64,000 nucleotides of DNA from Podarcis gaigeae. Taxonomy: Eukaryota. The notes beneath the pieces are model-generated. The model did no database searches, was not told where the DNA came from, and saw only the letters and a program-made list of their open reading frames with translations. The stretch is from the NCBI GenBank assembly GCA_964106915.2, contig OZ066914.1; one strand, written 5' to 3'. Made by a program: the position numbers and the translations under genes. Positions 1 through 13,041 of this stretch are shown here, piece by piece; position 1 is the first letter of the stretch, and each line of letters begins with the position of its first letter.

Positions 1-2449
1 GAGGCTTGTTCTGCTATTTCCATAAGCATCTCCCTATCCTCAGCAAAATGTTATCTAGGAGAAACCAAGCTAGACTTGATGAGGCAGCGATGCTTATTAT
101 ACGTTGCTTATTCCTGTCTCTCCATTCACATAAAAAGTGGGGTGGATGGGGTCAGATCCGAATCCTCCCTGCCCCTTGCCTAACTATTCTGTCAGCACAG
201 GCCCTTTCCCCACCAGCAGCTTAAATACCAAATGTAAACTGAACTAAGAACAGTTGCCTGAAGCCATGGGAAGGCCAGATATTGCAAATGCTTTCATCCA
301 TGTGCCCCTTTTAGTATACACAAACGGCCAGACATTAAAACAAACATGGATGCCCAGTCACATTTAATTTTGCCCAAACATATTTGCTCCTTGTGAAACA
401 GGCCTCATTAATAGCTTTAGGCTATCAACTTCCAGAATGGCTACCTAGGGCCAGCACAGCAGCCATAAAAAAATTATCGATAAAAATTAGATCATCATTT
501 TCAGGTATCATAAAAGTCAAATTTGAGCAACAGCACATTCCACCAGGGACAGCTGGAATCTGAGATTTCTCAAGTAGCATTAGGCATGTGTGCAACAAAT
601 TCATTGAACTGGTCCTTCAATTCCTCCATGTAACTTTAACATAGGCTGATCCTATATACTTGGTGCCTCATTATGAATTAATGTCAAGATAACTCTTATT
701 CATAAACTAATTTTAAACCATTTGCATTCTAGTCTTCAGCAGATTTTAGCCTTGCAAACACCTGGCAAGGATGGTTTTGTTGGACAAACAAGGTCACCAA
801 CTGAATTGCCTAACTAAGTCAATATTTCAGTATGGATTCCCAAAAACCAAGGCCAGCACTAGCCAATAGACCAGACTGATGAACTAAGAACTTGGCATTC
901 AGTTTGCTGACAATGGCTAGATATGCCTTCAAGAAGCTTATGGTATCACAGCAATCCTGCAAGTGTTTCTGTACCACTGAAATAAATGGGGGCATGTGCT
1001 GTATTCAGGGTTGCAGCTCAAATGTGCAAAGTGGTTTGCAGTCATTATGTGATCAGCTCCATAAGGCCCTGAAATCACATAACTCCCATAACAATTCCCA
1101 TTTTACAAATGGAGGAAATAAAAGCTGGGAGAAATACTTTGTCCGAGGCTCGTCAGTGGATTAAAGGCTACGCCAGAGGCCTCAGACACATTAGTTCAGA
1201 CCAAAGCCAAGAGTTCTTTCAAACGAGTCAGAATTACATAACAAACGCTTTCATAATAACCAACGCTTATAGAAGTCTAGACTCCTCAGCTTTCTAATGC
1301 TACAAAGCATCTGAGTGTGTTGCTTTAGGCAGGACTTCGGAGGCAAAATGTACTGTGGCAGTGAAGCACACATAACTTTTAAGCACATCATTCAGTTGTG
1401 GTAACTGAGCTCAGAGGATTAGAACTCCAGTGCTGCCTGATTGAGGGCCTGCATGGATCTACAGATTTAATTCGCAGACATGAGAAATTATCTGCTATAC
1501 GAACTGGTGAGCAAAACGTTACAGCACCCAACAAACATGTTGTAGGCTCTGGCTTGACTGGTATTGTGTTTCAATTTTCTTTTCTTGAAACACACCAAAC
1601 ATTTTGCTGGGGAAGAATATGTAACCTGTCTGTGTTCCTGCAAATGTCAAGACCAACCACAGGCTGCAGCCTTGTAATCTGCACTGCTGGCATTGAGCAG
1701 GGGCGGAGGGAGACAGCAAGATCAAAGAAACAAGGGATTCCTTTTTACATTTCCACTGCTTATAATAAATCATGCTGTACGGAATCAAGAATGATCTCAG
1801 CCCTGACTTTTGGGCTGATCCCAAAGAAAGAGAAACTGATGACAGTATGTTAAGTACTACGTCTTCCAAGTACCGGCTCTCACTAACAAAGCATCATGTT
1901 CGCTGTAAGCATTAGTCAGCCTAACAAGACTAAACACTGCGGTGGCACAATTTGTTCTGCTGGAGTTCGTATGTTCCCTCTCACGGGACAATAGAACACT
2001 TCTTATCTGGAGTCTTGAACAGGAGGCTTTGGTAAACGGATTTCTGTCTCCCCTTACTGCTGAATATGACTGACATAGGAATTAGAAAATTCAGATCTTT
2101 CTACAGTACGGAAAAATATTTGCTGCTAACAAATGAATAAAACAAAGAGATAAGCTGCAGGTGGAACAGGTAGAAACATTTCCCCCTATGTATAACAAAT
2201 GCTGTTAACATTGTGCCAAGAGCTGAATAACTTCTCCCCACAGATGCCAGTCTACATTTTTAACAAGTGGTGCTTATGATAGCCATTTCAATAACAATGG
2301 TTAATTAAAAATCGGTGATACTGACAAAATTAAATAATTACTAGGTAGTATTCCAGACCATATGCTTCGTTTGAACTATTCTACAGTCATGCTTTTTATC
2401 AACTTATTGACGATGGGTGCTATTCAACTAAGTCATCCTCAGAATAAGA

Positions 2450-2806
2450 TAAAGGTAAAGGACTCATGGACGGTTAAGTCCAGTCAAAGGTGACTATGGG
2501 ATGCGGCGCTCATCTTGCTTCAGGCCAAGGGAGCCGGCATTTGTCTGCATACAGCTTTCTGGGTCATGTGGCCAGCATGACTAAACGCAATGGAACACTG
2601 TGACGGAAGCCAGAGCGCAAGGAAACACCATTTATCTTCCCGCCGCAGCAGTACCTATTTATCTACTGACACTGGTATGCTTTCGAACTGCAAGGTTGGC
2701 AGAAGCTGGGACAGAACAGCGGGAGCTCATCGCAATGTGGGGATTCAAACGGCCGACCTTCTGATCGGCAAGCTCCAGACGCTCGGTGGTTTAGACCACA
2801 GCACCA
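2450..2806 (-). mobile_element. Sauria SINE (older, different subfamily)
   Basis: aaaggtaaagg tail, gggtcatgtggccagcatgact, gctttcgaactgc, ggattcaaac; colinear with the 58215 copy. Confidence 0.88.
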
Positions 2807-4905
2807 AATCCATGGGTTTAAGTTGCTACTCTGAGTACGACTTAGGTCCCCTTAACACCATACATTCAAAGCACGTCAATACCACTTTTAGCAGTCATGG
2901 CTCTCCCCCCCCCCCCCAAATAATTCTAGGAGCAGCCAGAATTATTTGGTGGAAACCATGGCTGTTTAAAAAGCAGTATCAGAGTGTTTTTAAGGCATTG
3001 TGCAAATGTGGGCTTAGTTAGATACCACCCCATGCCATTATTTTTTTTTTCTACTTAATGCCCCTGAGATTGCAGAGGTCCAAAAAAGACTTCCTTAAAA
3101 ATGAAGGTTCTCATTTTCCTAGACCCATATTAGATTTTGTTGGGATCAAAATGATTATTGGTAGATACATGGGATTAGGATACAAAGTGCTCTCTAATCC
3201 AGCAAAAGCTCTTGTTGTTGAAAGGAAAGGGAAGATCTTCACCAATTCTCCTTTCCCCCTACAAGCTCCATCCATTTCCAACACACAATCCACCAAATAA
3301 TTTTTTCAGGGGGTGCAAGTGGCTGTAGGTGGGAAAGAAACTGACAAAACCCACCGCCAAACTTTCCATTAGTGTGATGGTTTTGTGAGTAAGCATTCTA
3401 CCCAAGGGATTTCTGGATCCAACAACCCTTAGGTGATAAAGTTAGATTTAAATTGTAAGGCTCTGAGAAGGATTTTGCTTAATTCTAATCTTTTACATGA
3501 AATTAGTTCTGTTAGGCCCTCTGAATTAATTAATAAATACAATATTATTTACATTTTTATTGTCCAGTTAAGAACAAGAAAACTGGGGGGGGGGGTAATG
3601 AATATGGGTTCAATATGAATTTTTAATTCAGGTTATTATTAATGTCCAGCACTAATATAAACAGGGCACAAGTATGCAGTGTTGTAATGAGTGAATTGTC
3701 CATGAACAAAAAAGCTGTTAAGTGACACCTTGAAAAATACCATATCAAGTTTTTAGCAAAACAATCTGCAGGAAGTTTGCTTTAAGAGGGTGTGGTATTC
3801 TTTCTCTCCTGGAAAATTTGATTTTTGTCAGTTAGGCTTCTGTTGAGTAAATGTGCCAGCTCTGTTTGCATGGCTGAGCGAAGAAATGCTGTTTCCTAAA
3901 AAGGGCATGAGGTAACTGCTTGGTAGCTAAGTGTTCATATGATTTGAGGATGTTATTTATAGAATGGGCAACATAAGAATGATCTTATACTTAGTTCTGA
4001 GTAAATTCTTCCTAGAACAATTTAGTGTGTTTCAAAAGACCCAGCTGCAGACAAGGATTTTATAAGTTGGCAAAATAATATTTCCTAACCTTTTCCTGCT
4101 TCATCTATGACCCTCTTAAAACAACAGAGACATTTTACCCATTTCTCTTCCAGCATTAAGGTTAAGTCTCAGTTTTGCATTCTGAGATTGCCACGAAAAC
4201 AGAAAATAATAAAATCCTAACCCAAAAAGTGGAAATTAAAGCAAAGGAAAGTGTGCATTTGATTTGATACAATAAAAAATAATACCCTCACACAAAGACA
4301 TTTTTTTTTTACTGAATCAGAAGATTTTGTTGCATGCTAAAGAAACTTCACATTTGGAATATAAACAATGACGTTTATCTTACTTGACCCAGTAAATAAC
4401 CAAGATAATCTCACCTAACCAGATGGACAAATGGTCTGGCTCAATATAAGGAAGCTCTCTGTGGCCTCACAGTTCAATGGGGCAATGGAGGGGGGGGGTA
4501 AATACCAACAAAAAACCAGAGAGGAACTCTGCTGCTACAGAAGCTTTTAGCAAAGGCCACTTCGGCAAAGACACAGCCAGTAACGACTGCCCCTAATAAG
4601 TAAGATCTCTAAAATTTCAAATAACTCCCCTGCCAATTGATCATAATCCCTCCCCCAATTCACCACCCACAAATGCTGCAGTGAATTCCTAGAGGAAAGT
4701 ATTCTGCAAACAAGCCTGGGAACTGCTTTGCTGGATCAAACCAAAGGCCAGCTGAATACTGTACTGTACATAATGTCCCCGAATACAAAATTCTGTTTTG
4801 GCTATCATAACTAATAGCTCTTTGATGAACACAAGCATATATTAATTTGGCTTATAATTGGGGGTTTTTAAAAGGACAGAGCTACTGAAGTTATAGGATG
4901 CTTAC

Positions 4906-5012
4906 TTTAGGTATTCTCTTCCTTGGAAAAGTTAAATTCATGTAGTTATTGAAGTTGGATGATTTTGCTGAACAAAGATCCTTTCTTTCTCCATTTCGCT
5001 TATCCGTAGCAC
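4906..5012 (-). CDS. MICAL2: MICAL2 coding exon 13 (GATDKRNGERKDLCSAKSSNFNNYMNLTFPRKRIPK), 107 nt
   Basis: gaacag|GT acceptor, AAA|gtaagc donor; resembles recalled mammalian NNYLNLTFPRKRTPR; basic cluster. Confidence 0.9.
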
Positions 5013-5998
5013 CTGTTCAAACATGGATAAATAAAGAAATAAATATAAAGTATGCTGTCCAGCAACTGGAGCATTCTTATTAGGCTAAGGAAATACTCCT
5101 CTTAATAAAGCATGTTTTGAAATTTAACCTCGAAATGCAAAAAGCTCTGTTTTACTCAACTGTATTTTAAAATAACATCACTGTCTGAGCCAAATAGCAC
5201 AATCTTATTCCTATTTATCAAATTTTTAATATCACTATATTCAAGGGGTCTTATTCAAGCTAAGTGTGCCTGAGATTGCACTCATTTGCCTGTAAGCCAA
5301 TCTAAGATTTCCCTATTGTGTCAGCAAGCATCACTGAAATTTGTATTACCTGGCCTCTAAATAGAAGTTTCAGCAGCTTGTAATCTAAGAGATCAAATAC
5401 TGTTGCCCTAGCTCTTCTCTAGTTCAGATTTTAATCAACATGGAAGATGTCTTCCAGCCTTGCCACTCCCATCACCACTTCCCTTCCCTTAACTGGTGGA
5501 CTGGAGGAAGATCTTTCTAATCCTGGTGGCTGTGGACCATGTGGAAGGTTGACTGAAATATGTCTCTCTCTTTTTGGTATGGTACTGACAGATACCACTA
5601 TACTGAGAAACCTCATGCCCCAGCACTCCTGGTGCCTGGTACATAAGTCAGATTTGTTTACTTGTTAGGATGGAGTGAATGAGTGCAAAACCAACAACTT
5701 TGTGTGAAACATTACAGCGACACTAAGTACAGATGAATGGCAATGACCATGTCACCCAGCTCTAGATAAAATATTTAAGCTGGCATAAGCCATTCACAAT
5801 ATTAGACATTACACCCCCATTTCGTTTTAAAGCCTGGGATAACCACAGAACACAGCTATTACAGTTGGACATTCCAGAGCAAGTTATATTGGAGCTGCAA
5901 GGCAAACTTTGGCTCGGCTTCAGGGTCAATCGGGCAAGCTGTAAAACAGTGAAAGGCTGGCTTCTCTTAAGACTTAAGAGCAACCTAGATTGACTTAC

Positions 5999-6198
5999 CC
6001 ACAGCTCTCAGAGGTGTTCCCCTAAATAGCTCATAGAATTTTGAGAGGTACATGACCATACTGAGTTTATCAGGCTCTCCAGAAGACACCATCTCTTTCC
6101 CCGTAGTGACGGGGGGAATTCCAAACTCTCGCTCAGCAATGTCAAACGCCAGCTGGTTGTTTCCAACGGCATCTTCTTCATTCAGGGAGTCAAAGTCA
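5999..6198 (-). CDS. MICAL2: MICAL2 coding exon 12 ([30 protein letters not shown]...[25 protein letters not shown]), CH domain C-half, 200 nt
   Basis: ccccaag|T acceptor, G|gtaagt donor; [13 protein letters not shown] motif. Confidence 0.96.
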
Positions 6199-7544
6199 CT
6201 TGGGGATTCAAAAAGAGGGGCACATCAGTCTGCAGAAGTGTAGATATTTTAGTTCCCCTGCACTGCCCTTCAATAATATCTTCTATTTCGGAAACATTTT
6301 ATAAGCAACCATTTCAGAAGCCTGCTGCAATCCTCCACAGAGAAATTTTGTTTAGGAAAATTGGCACCCCCACCAAACAACACATGAAAGTAACCAAGCA
6401 CTTCGATTTAGTTAAATCTAAATACTTCTATTCGGTTGAAAAAGTTGCCTCCTTGAGCAAAACTGAACATGTGTGGTCTAGGAATCAGCCAAGTGCTACC
6501 CTTGGTGCAAATCACACTTCAGCCTTCAACTCACTGGGTGGGCCTTGAAAGGTTGCCATCTCATCTTCAATCCTCAGCCATGCAAAAGAAACAACCTTGA
6601 ATTGTGGCTTAGTCCCATCCACAATAGGCATTCAAATCAGGATCATACCACTTTAAACAACCATGCCTTCTCCCAAAGACTCCTGTAAAGGGTGCTGAGA
6701 GTTGCTAGGAGAAACCGATTATCCTCACAGCGCTACAATTTCCAGGGTCCCCTGGGAAGAGGGATTGCCTGTTAAACCAACTCTGGAAACTGTAGCTCTG
6801 TGAGTGGAACAGGGGTCACCTCTCTGCTGACAACGACAACCAATTCACAATTCAAAAAACCTATATGAAACAACATGTGCCAAACAATAATATGTTGAAA
6901 CTCCTATCCTAGGAATTGAGGTAGGTATTTCTGTCCCTGGTGCAAACATGGCAAATGCTAGCAGGGAAGGTTGATGCTTGCAACATAGCAACAGCATGTC
7001 TGGACACAGTGCTCTGCCCCCCTCCCAAAAAAAAATCTGATGAACTTTTTCAGTCATATTTTTTTTTTGGGGGGGGGGGAGAAAAAGGCTATATTCTTCC
7101 TTTCAAAAGAATACCAATCCCTGTTCCCACCAGCACAGACCCTGAAAAGGTGCTATCTTGTGATGTCGCATCCTTCCACACAGACATGGAATCAGAAATG
7201 GTCCTGAAGCACACTAGGAGTGGTTGTTTGCCACAGTGGTGCAAAGTCTTTAAAAGGCAGCCAGGGTTGGAGTATCCAGCACTGTCAAATCAAAGTGTAA
7301 ATCTTCCGCCCCTAAAGATTTTTAACCATTTCTCCAGCTCACCTCCAAAAACTGCAGCAAATATTTCTCCACTTTTACAGCCAGAGAGAATTAAGCTCTG
7401 AAAACAAGGAAATGCCATTGGCTGAGCTCTATTACACATGGATTAATTCCCCTCACCTTTCAAAGGATTTAGCCATTATACTTATGATTTCCTTTCAGGA
7501 AGGGGACACAGCTGGTGATATTCAACATGTAACTTGATAAATCA

Positions 7545-8330
7545 AACCATGCCAGATTGAAGAAGATCCCTAAGCGGTGAACCTGATCTTTGAGAGAGGA
7601 TGCAATGCTATCCAAAAGCAGATGACTTCCACAGCCCTGGTGGGTTAAACCACCAACCAACAGTGCCCCTCTCTTATCTGGATTCAGTATACTAAGCCCC
7701 ATCCATCTCACTATGGATAATTCAGAGTCAGACATCCTCATCTAACCTTTAACCACATTAGATGAAAAAGGCAGAGTGAGACTGCAGAAGCATACCCATG
7801 CTACCTAAACCCCAACTTCCAGAAAACCTCTCCTAGCAGTTTAATGTTGATGTTAAATAGTATGGTGTGCAGAACAGAACTTTGCAGAGCACCATAACAA
7901 ATGCAATGGATTTATGAAGAAGAAAACTCCATCCCACTTTCAACCCCTCAAACAGAAATGGAAGTCCTTGAGCACAGTATCTCCCACGTTCAACCGGACA
8001 GGCCACCCAAAAAGTATACCATGGTCCATGAGATAGGCAATGAGAAGTCCAGATCAATTAGCAAGAGCTAGACTGCACCCTCTCTCAACAAATGTCATCA
8101 ACCAAGGCAGTTTCAGTTCGCAAGCCATGCCAAATAATGACTGAAATGGGTCTAGGTAATCTCTGTCATCCAGGAATAATTACATGCTTGAGCACCTTAA
8201 CCTGAAGAGGTTGCAGCCAGACAGATCAATTAGTGTCAAAGGAGGCTTCCCCCTTCACCACTTCCACTTCGCTACTGCCCCCTTCAAGGCAACTAGCAGC
8301 ACCATACCTTATCTCCCAAAGAGATGCATT
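7545..8330 (-). mobile_element. Decayed L2-clade LINE ORF2 (reverse transcriptase) remnant
   Basis: Frameshifted minus-strand peptides DHGILF..VGDTVL, GALQSSVLHTILFNINIKLLGEV..HGYA and WM..LNPDK..LLVG..LKDQVHRLGI resemble L2 RT motifs (GVPQGSVLSP.LFNIY, LNPDKTE, LKDQVRSLGV). Confidence 0.78.
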
Positions 8331-8728
8331 TACCATTTGCTGGTTCCAACCATTCCCTCTCACACTGGTGATAAAAGCCATGGGAAATGGTAAGCCAGAC
8401 CTTTCTAAGTGCCTTGTTAGCACTATCAGAAAGCAAGAACAGAAAGAGATTCAACAAACTGTCAGAAGGCCCTCAGAATTAAGGAGTGTTGCCATCAAGT
8501 CCAAGAGCATAGCAATTTAGAAAGCCCCTGGCTGCTCCTGCCCCAAGCAGCAGCAACAGTAAAGACAAGAGGGGGAGGGGGACAATAGTGGAGCACAAGC
8601 CCTCCTCCAGTTAGTTCTCAGGTGTTTGTGGCTACTTACTGAAGCAGCCATTTTAACTCTAAGGTGTACTTTCATAGGAGTAAGTAAAAAAAAACCCCAC
8701 AAAACCACCTCCATCCAATCATGTACAG

Positions 8729-8841
8729 CAGGCATGGCCAAACGTTTGGGACTACAATTCCCTGACCACTGGTCCTGTTAGCTAGGGATGATGGGAGTTG
8801 TAGTCCCAAAACAGCTGGAGGGCCAAGTTTGGTCATGCCTG
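8729..8841. mobile_element. Short hAT (Charlie-type) MITE
   Basis: TIR CAGGCATGGCCAAAC / GTTTGGTCATGCCTG; 8-bp TSD ATGTACAG; internal gggactacaa...ttgtagtccc inverted repeat. Confidence 0.88.
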
Positions 8842-9904
8842 ATGTACAGTGTTTAAATCTGCTAGTAAGGACTATTTCTCTAGTAGTGTCATGACCAGAT
8901 ATTTTTGACACTGTCTGCACCTCAAAACAAATCCATGGGGAGGAACGGCTTTAAGGTGTAGGGCCACCCTGAGTTCTTTTCTGCTACCCCCTAAATAATC
9001 TGGGCAGAAGGTTACTTAGGCAGATCACGTTCTTTGGCTTGGGTAACAATACAAAACAGAGCTTGAGGCTTAACATACACATTCTAAAATGTCTTTTATT
9101 CAGGCTATCCCCAAAAAATCCCCATATGGCACTAACTGCATGGTTTCTGCATCACTCCCAACTTGGGAGCCAATACAGTCACGGCAGGAATACAAAGACA
9201 GCTTCCAGAAGGGGTTTATAATCCAAAGTTCTACATTTGTAACAATGCTTCCAAGTCCCTGGCAAATCAAACTGGCCAAATCATCAGGAGAAGGATGAAC
9301 ACTCATTCTTGAAGGGCCTGGTGAAGGTAATGGTGTAGCACACTACTCTGTGCGTAACAGGCAAGGAAACACCCATAGAACCAACTGTTGGATGTCTCCC
9401 CAGGGTTCGGATCCTTAACATCATAACAAGTCATATCAAGTTGGCCATCCAATACCAATTCAAGAATTGGTAGTGTATATATCCTGAATGTTTTGTGTTG
9501 CAGTGAGCCCTTTTGGCACAGACCTAGTAAAGCTATGGGATTCTTTTTTCCACAAATATCATCTTCCCATGTATATTTGCAAAGAATTATAGCGGTTTCT
9601 TGCTTTAAAAAAAAAAAAGCAATTCAGACTCCGACAAAAGTAAGCAAAAACGATACAGTTAAAATCTCAAGTATTAGTTCTTGGAAACTGTATACCTTGC
9701 ATTTTTACTTTTTTTAGTACTGAGCCAAGGACATTCACGAAGGAAAAAACGAGCAAATACATGCTTAGTTGCAAAAAAAAGATGTTAAAAAGGGAAACAA
9801 ACTCTCCTCACTGTTTTGATTGGCTTTACCCAAGTCTATACTTTTGTAGGTGGCAGAACCTGCAATTAGCTAGCATTACACATATAAAAGACATAAGAAC
9901 TTAC

Positions 9905-10052
9905 ATGAGGTCAGGTCTGAAGCGATGCATAATTGCACATAAGGCAAGGCCACTCCTCCATGAAGTAGTGAGGTCCATGACACTAACATTCCTGTATCCT
10001 TCTGTTTGTTTTTGACACCAGGTTAAAAGCTTGTTTGGCCTTATATCAGATT
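9905..10052 (-). CDS. MICAL2: MICAL2 coding exon 11 ([49 protein letters not shown]), CH domain N-half, 148 nt
   Basis: tatttcag|AA acceptor, AT|gtaagt donor; CH2-type [10 protein letters not shown] motif. Confidence 0.96.
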
Positions 10053-10171
10053 CTGAAATAGCAGATTTTAAAAAAATAAATGTATACTCACTTGTCCAAA
10101 GCTACAAATCTCCCCTCCCCTCACCATTTATAGGATGTAAAAAGCATAATAATAAAACATGCATTTCATAC

Positions 10172-10262
10172 CATGTCTTGAAAGTCCAATTGATCTTCTA
10201 ATGGAGTCTGCTCTCTCTAGAGGGAATGGCTGAAGCTCATTTGTAATGTACAGATGCTTCAC
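10172..10262 (-). CDS. MICAL2: MICAL2 coding exon 10 ([30 protein letters not shown]), 91 nt
   Basis: ttccttag|GTG acceptor, G|gtatga donor; MO-CH linker; followed by a 119-bp intron. Confidence 0.94.
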
Positions 10263-10745
10263 CTAAGGAAAGGCACACCCCATAAAATACAATACTTGCT
10301 ATAACAACCCTGAATTCTCAATCTGCTAATTATTCAGACTCAAAATAAGCCTGTCATACCAACATTTTCCCATCAAGTAACATGAAAGGTTATCAAAATT
10401 TCTGACTCAAACCTGGAATATAAACCAGGAGACCATGATTTATAAAGCCTGATGTGATCATCCTAATTGGGTCCGTATCTCCAAATCTCTCAAATGTTTC
10501 GCTTATACAAACATTGCTTTATCTAGGGAATTGGAGGCTGAGTGACTTGACCTTTCTACAAAAGTCAGTCATTTACAGAGCATTCACACTGCTTTCTAGA
10601 GCTTGTGGGTTGTATTCAATGTTAGTCATATTCAGAGTAAACCCTCTGAAATTAGCAGACGTAACTAAGGTTCATTAATTTTAATTGGCCTGCTCTTGAG
10701 TAGAACTTAGCTGGAGACAGGCATTTCTCATGTACCCCAGCTTAC

Positions 10746-10872
10746 CTGATGAGGTCGAACACAACTTGAGTTCAAGTTTGGATAACGTGTTGCAGGATCA
10801 ATGGTGTACTGGTCAAAGTTCTTAGTGATATTTTCAGGTGTTGTCTGAGGTAAGAGCCTATAAATGCTTTCT
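10746..10872 (-). CDS. MICAL2: MICAL2 coding exon 9 ([43 protein letters not shown]), 127 nt
   Basis: ccttccag|A acceptor, CAG|gtaagc donor; end of the monooxygenase domain. Confidence 0.96.
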
Positions 10873-10899
10873 CTGGAAGGTAAAAACAAAAGGTTGCAA

Positions 10900-10908
10900 G
10901 TGTGTGTG

Positions 10909-10954
<46 letters not shown>
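10900..10954. repeat. (TG)n/(TA)n microsatellite just upstream of the exon 9 acceptor
   Basis: Direct reading. Confidence 0.95.
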
Positions 10955-10956
<2 letters not shown>

Positions 10957-11774
10957 TTCTATCTTACAGTGTTTTCTTTACCTTATGTGCTCCCTGCATA
11001 TATTTAGAATGTCAAACACAATACTTGAAAACATTGTCTAAACATGATAAATGACTGGGGTGGGAACAACTGAGACAGACGTTAAGTATGTCTTCCTCAA
11101 GCAGGAAAATAGCTAGGAAGAAATAAGATTACATCACCCAAGATCATATGGCTTTGATTTTTTCCCCCCTTCACACAAGGAAGCAGCTCCTTCAACCACA
11201 AAACAGCATCGGGTATAGATTCACCCAATCATTATTAGTCAGTGAGGATTCCAAGTACGACTGTACTATCTTTTTGTCATCCACAAACATGCTTTCTCAG
11301 CCCTTATATGCCCTTTCTCTAAGTCCAGACTCTTGCCTTCATTACTCAACACACAAAATGCCATCCTAATAAATCCTCAGCAGCTCTTTGATTCTTACTT
11401 ACTTATTTAGTATTCTGCCCTTCATCCAAAGGCCTCGGGGCTCTTCACAACAGAAAAACACAAAGCCTGCTGAAGACATTCTTATTTAGACATGCCTACC
11501 CAGATGTTCATAATGTTTGTGAGAGTTTTTATTTGCCTTAGTCTGGTCTATTTTGGTTTTGACTTTCTGTGTGTTTTAAATTATGGTTGTAATTTTTTTA
11601 ATAACAATTTTACTGTTTCACTTTTTTTTTGTAAACTACTTTGAGGCCGTTCTACAATGAAGCAGTACATAAATTTAAATAAATAAATAAAATGGATCAA
11701 CCCAGGCCCCAGGAAAATCGAAGTTTGCTTGGTTTCACTGTAATATATGGGAAGAACAAACAAGAGATGCCAAC

Positions 11775-11890
11775 CTTTCTGCAAGGATATCAAGTGGATG
11801 CTTTCCTTGGGCCCAACTTTTCACCATCCACGCTGTGTCAAACGCAGCCAGGAACCCTCTTGCACAACCAGTGCCCATGGGCCAGAACGG
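11775..11890 (-). CDS. MICAL2: MICAL2 coding exon 8 ([38 protein letters not shown]), 116 nt
   Basis: tttcacag|CCG acceptor, AG|gttggc donor; [14 protein letters not shown] signature. Confidence 0.96.
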
Positions 11891-12783
11891 CTGTGAAATA
11901 ACATCAACATATTAGATGAACTCTAACATCATGATCATTCTGAAATGACCACACAGCTATTACTGTGCTCTTCAGAATGGTAGAAAACTGTTCTTAGAGA
12001 CTTCAAATCAGCAACTCCACCATATTGGCATAAAACATTTAATCAATATGTCCCCTAGTGTGGTGACTGGTTAAAGTATCCACTTACAAGTCACATATGA
12101 TGTCATCCTGCCAAATGGAAAAGACAAATGCCCACAGAATGTAGGAGAGTTAATAAAAAGCTCTAGATCCACAGGGCCTATATCCATTTGCTGGGAGAAT
12201 GTAAGGGATTCCACCGATGTGAGCTAACATTTCTAAATCAAACCTATTGTTTTTCATTGTAGCCTGAACAGGCAAAATTCAAATCCTATTTCTGTTCTCT
12301 TTGGAACAATGGACCCTCTCCAATGTTCCAGCTCTGCTGTCGAAACAAACCTCCATGTGCATGATGGAGCCTCCTTCACCTCTCTTTTCTCCTCCAGCTC
12401 CCCACCCCACTACCCCAATCAATCAGCTCTGGAGAGTTGGGGAAACGTCCAGAGCAGATTTGGGAGCACATGGAGATAAGGAAAGGAAACTGAAGCCCCA
12501 CTGGGTCAGCAGAACTATGTGTGTGGAGCACTGGATACAACCCAATGAAGATCTTGTGTTCCCTGTTATTTAAAATTAAACTCACTATGATTTGGTGCAA
12601 GCCATGGTATTTACATAAGATCCTGGAACTCCAGCTTTTAAATAAAAAATAAGTTTCGAGCTCTCATGGCTGCACAGCTTTGAATATGTAATTGCTAAAA
12701 TCTCCAAGGTGTTCCATGGTATCAAAGAAGCCACCTGCCTAAACTTTTTTTTTTTTTAAAAAAGGGTGACAACGACACACTAC

Positions 12784-13041
12784 CTCTAGTAAACTGTCTC
12801 CAACAAGAGCAACCAACAGCTGGTGTCTGTGTCTCTCTCGTATTAATGCAGCATTTTCAGAGGCATACATGGAAGTAAAATCAAACATGGCTACATCTGG
12901 TTGACCGTAGTGATTAATTGCAAAATCCAAGGCAGGCAGTTGGTAATCGGTTGCAAAATCGGCAGCTTCTCTTGCATAGGACAGCAGATTGTCTTGGTCT
13001 ACGTTTTCCCCACAGAGTAGCATTTCAGTATCAATATAATC
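12784..13041 (-). CDS. MICAL2: MICAL2 coding exon 7 ([31 protein letters not shown]...[11 protein letters not shown]), GD motif, 258 nt
   Basis: atgtag|GAT acceptor, GAG|gtagtg donor; ORF 12739..13023. Confidence 0.97.

Noticed and set aside
1398-1869. 151-aa (+) and 116-aa (-) ORFs
   Set aside because: Non-ATG starts, no domain resemblance, and no match to the next expected MICAL2 exon, which was not found in the window.
6940-7401. 153-aa ORF
   Set aside because: It runs through homopolymer tracts next to the L2 remnant and has no recognisable protein features.
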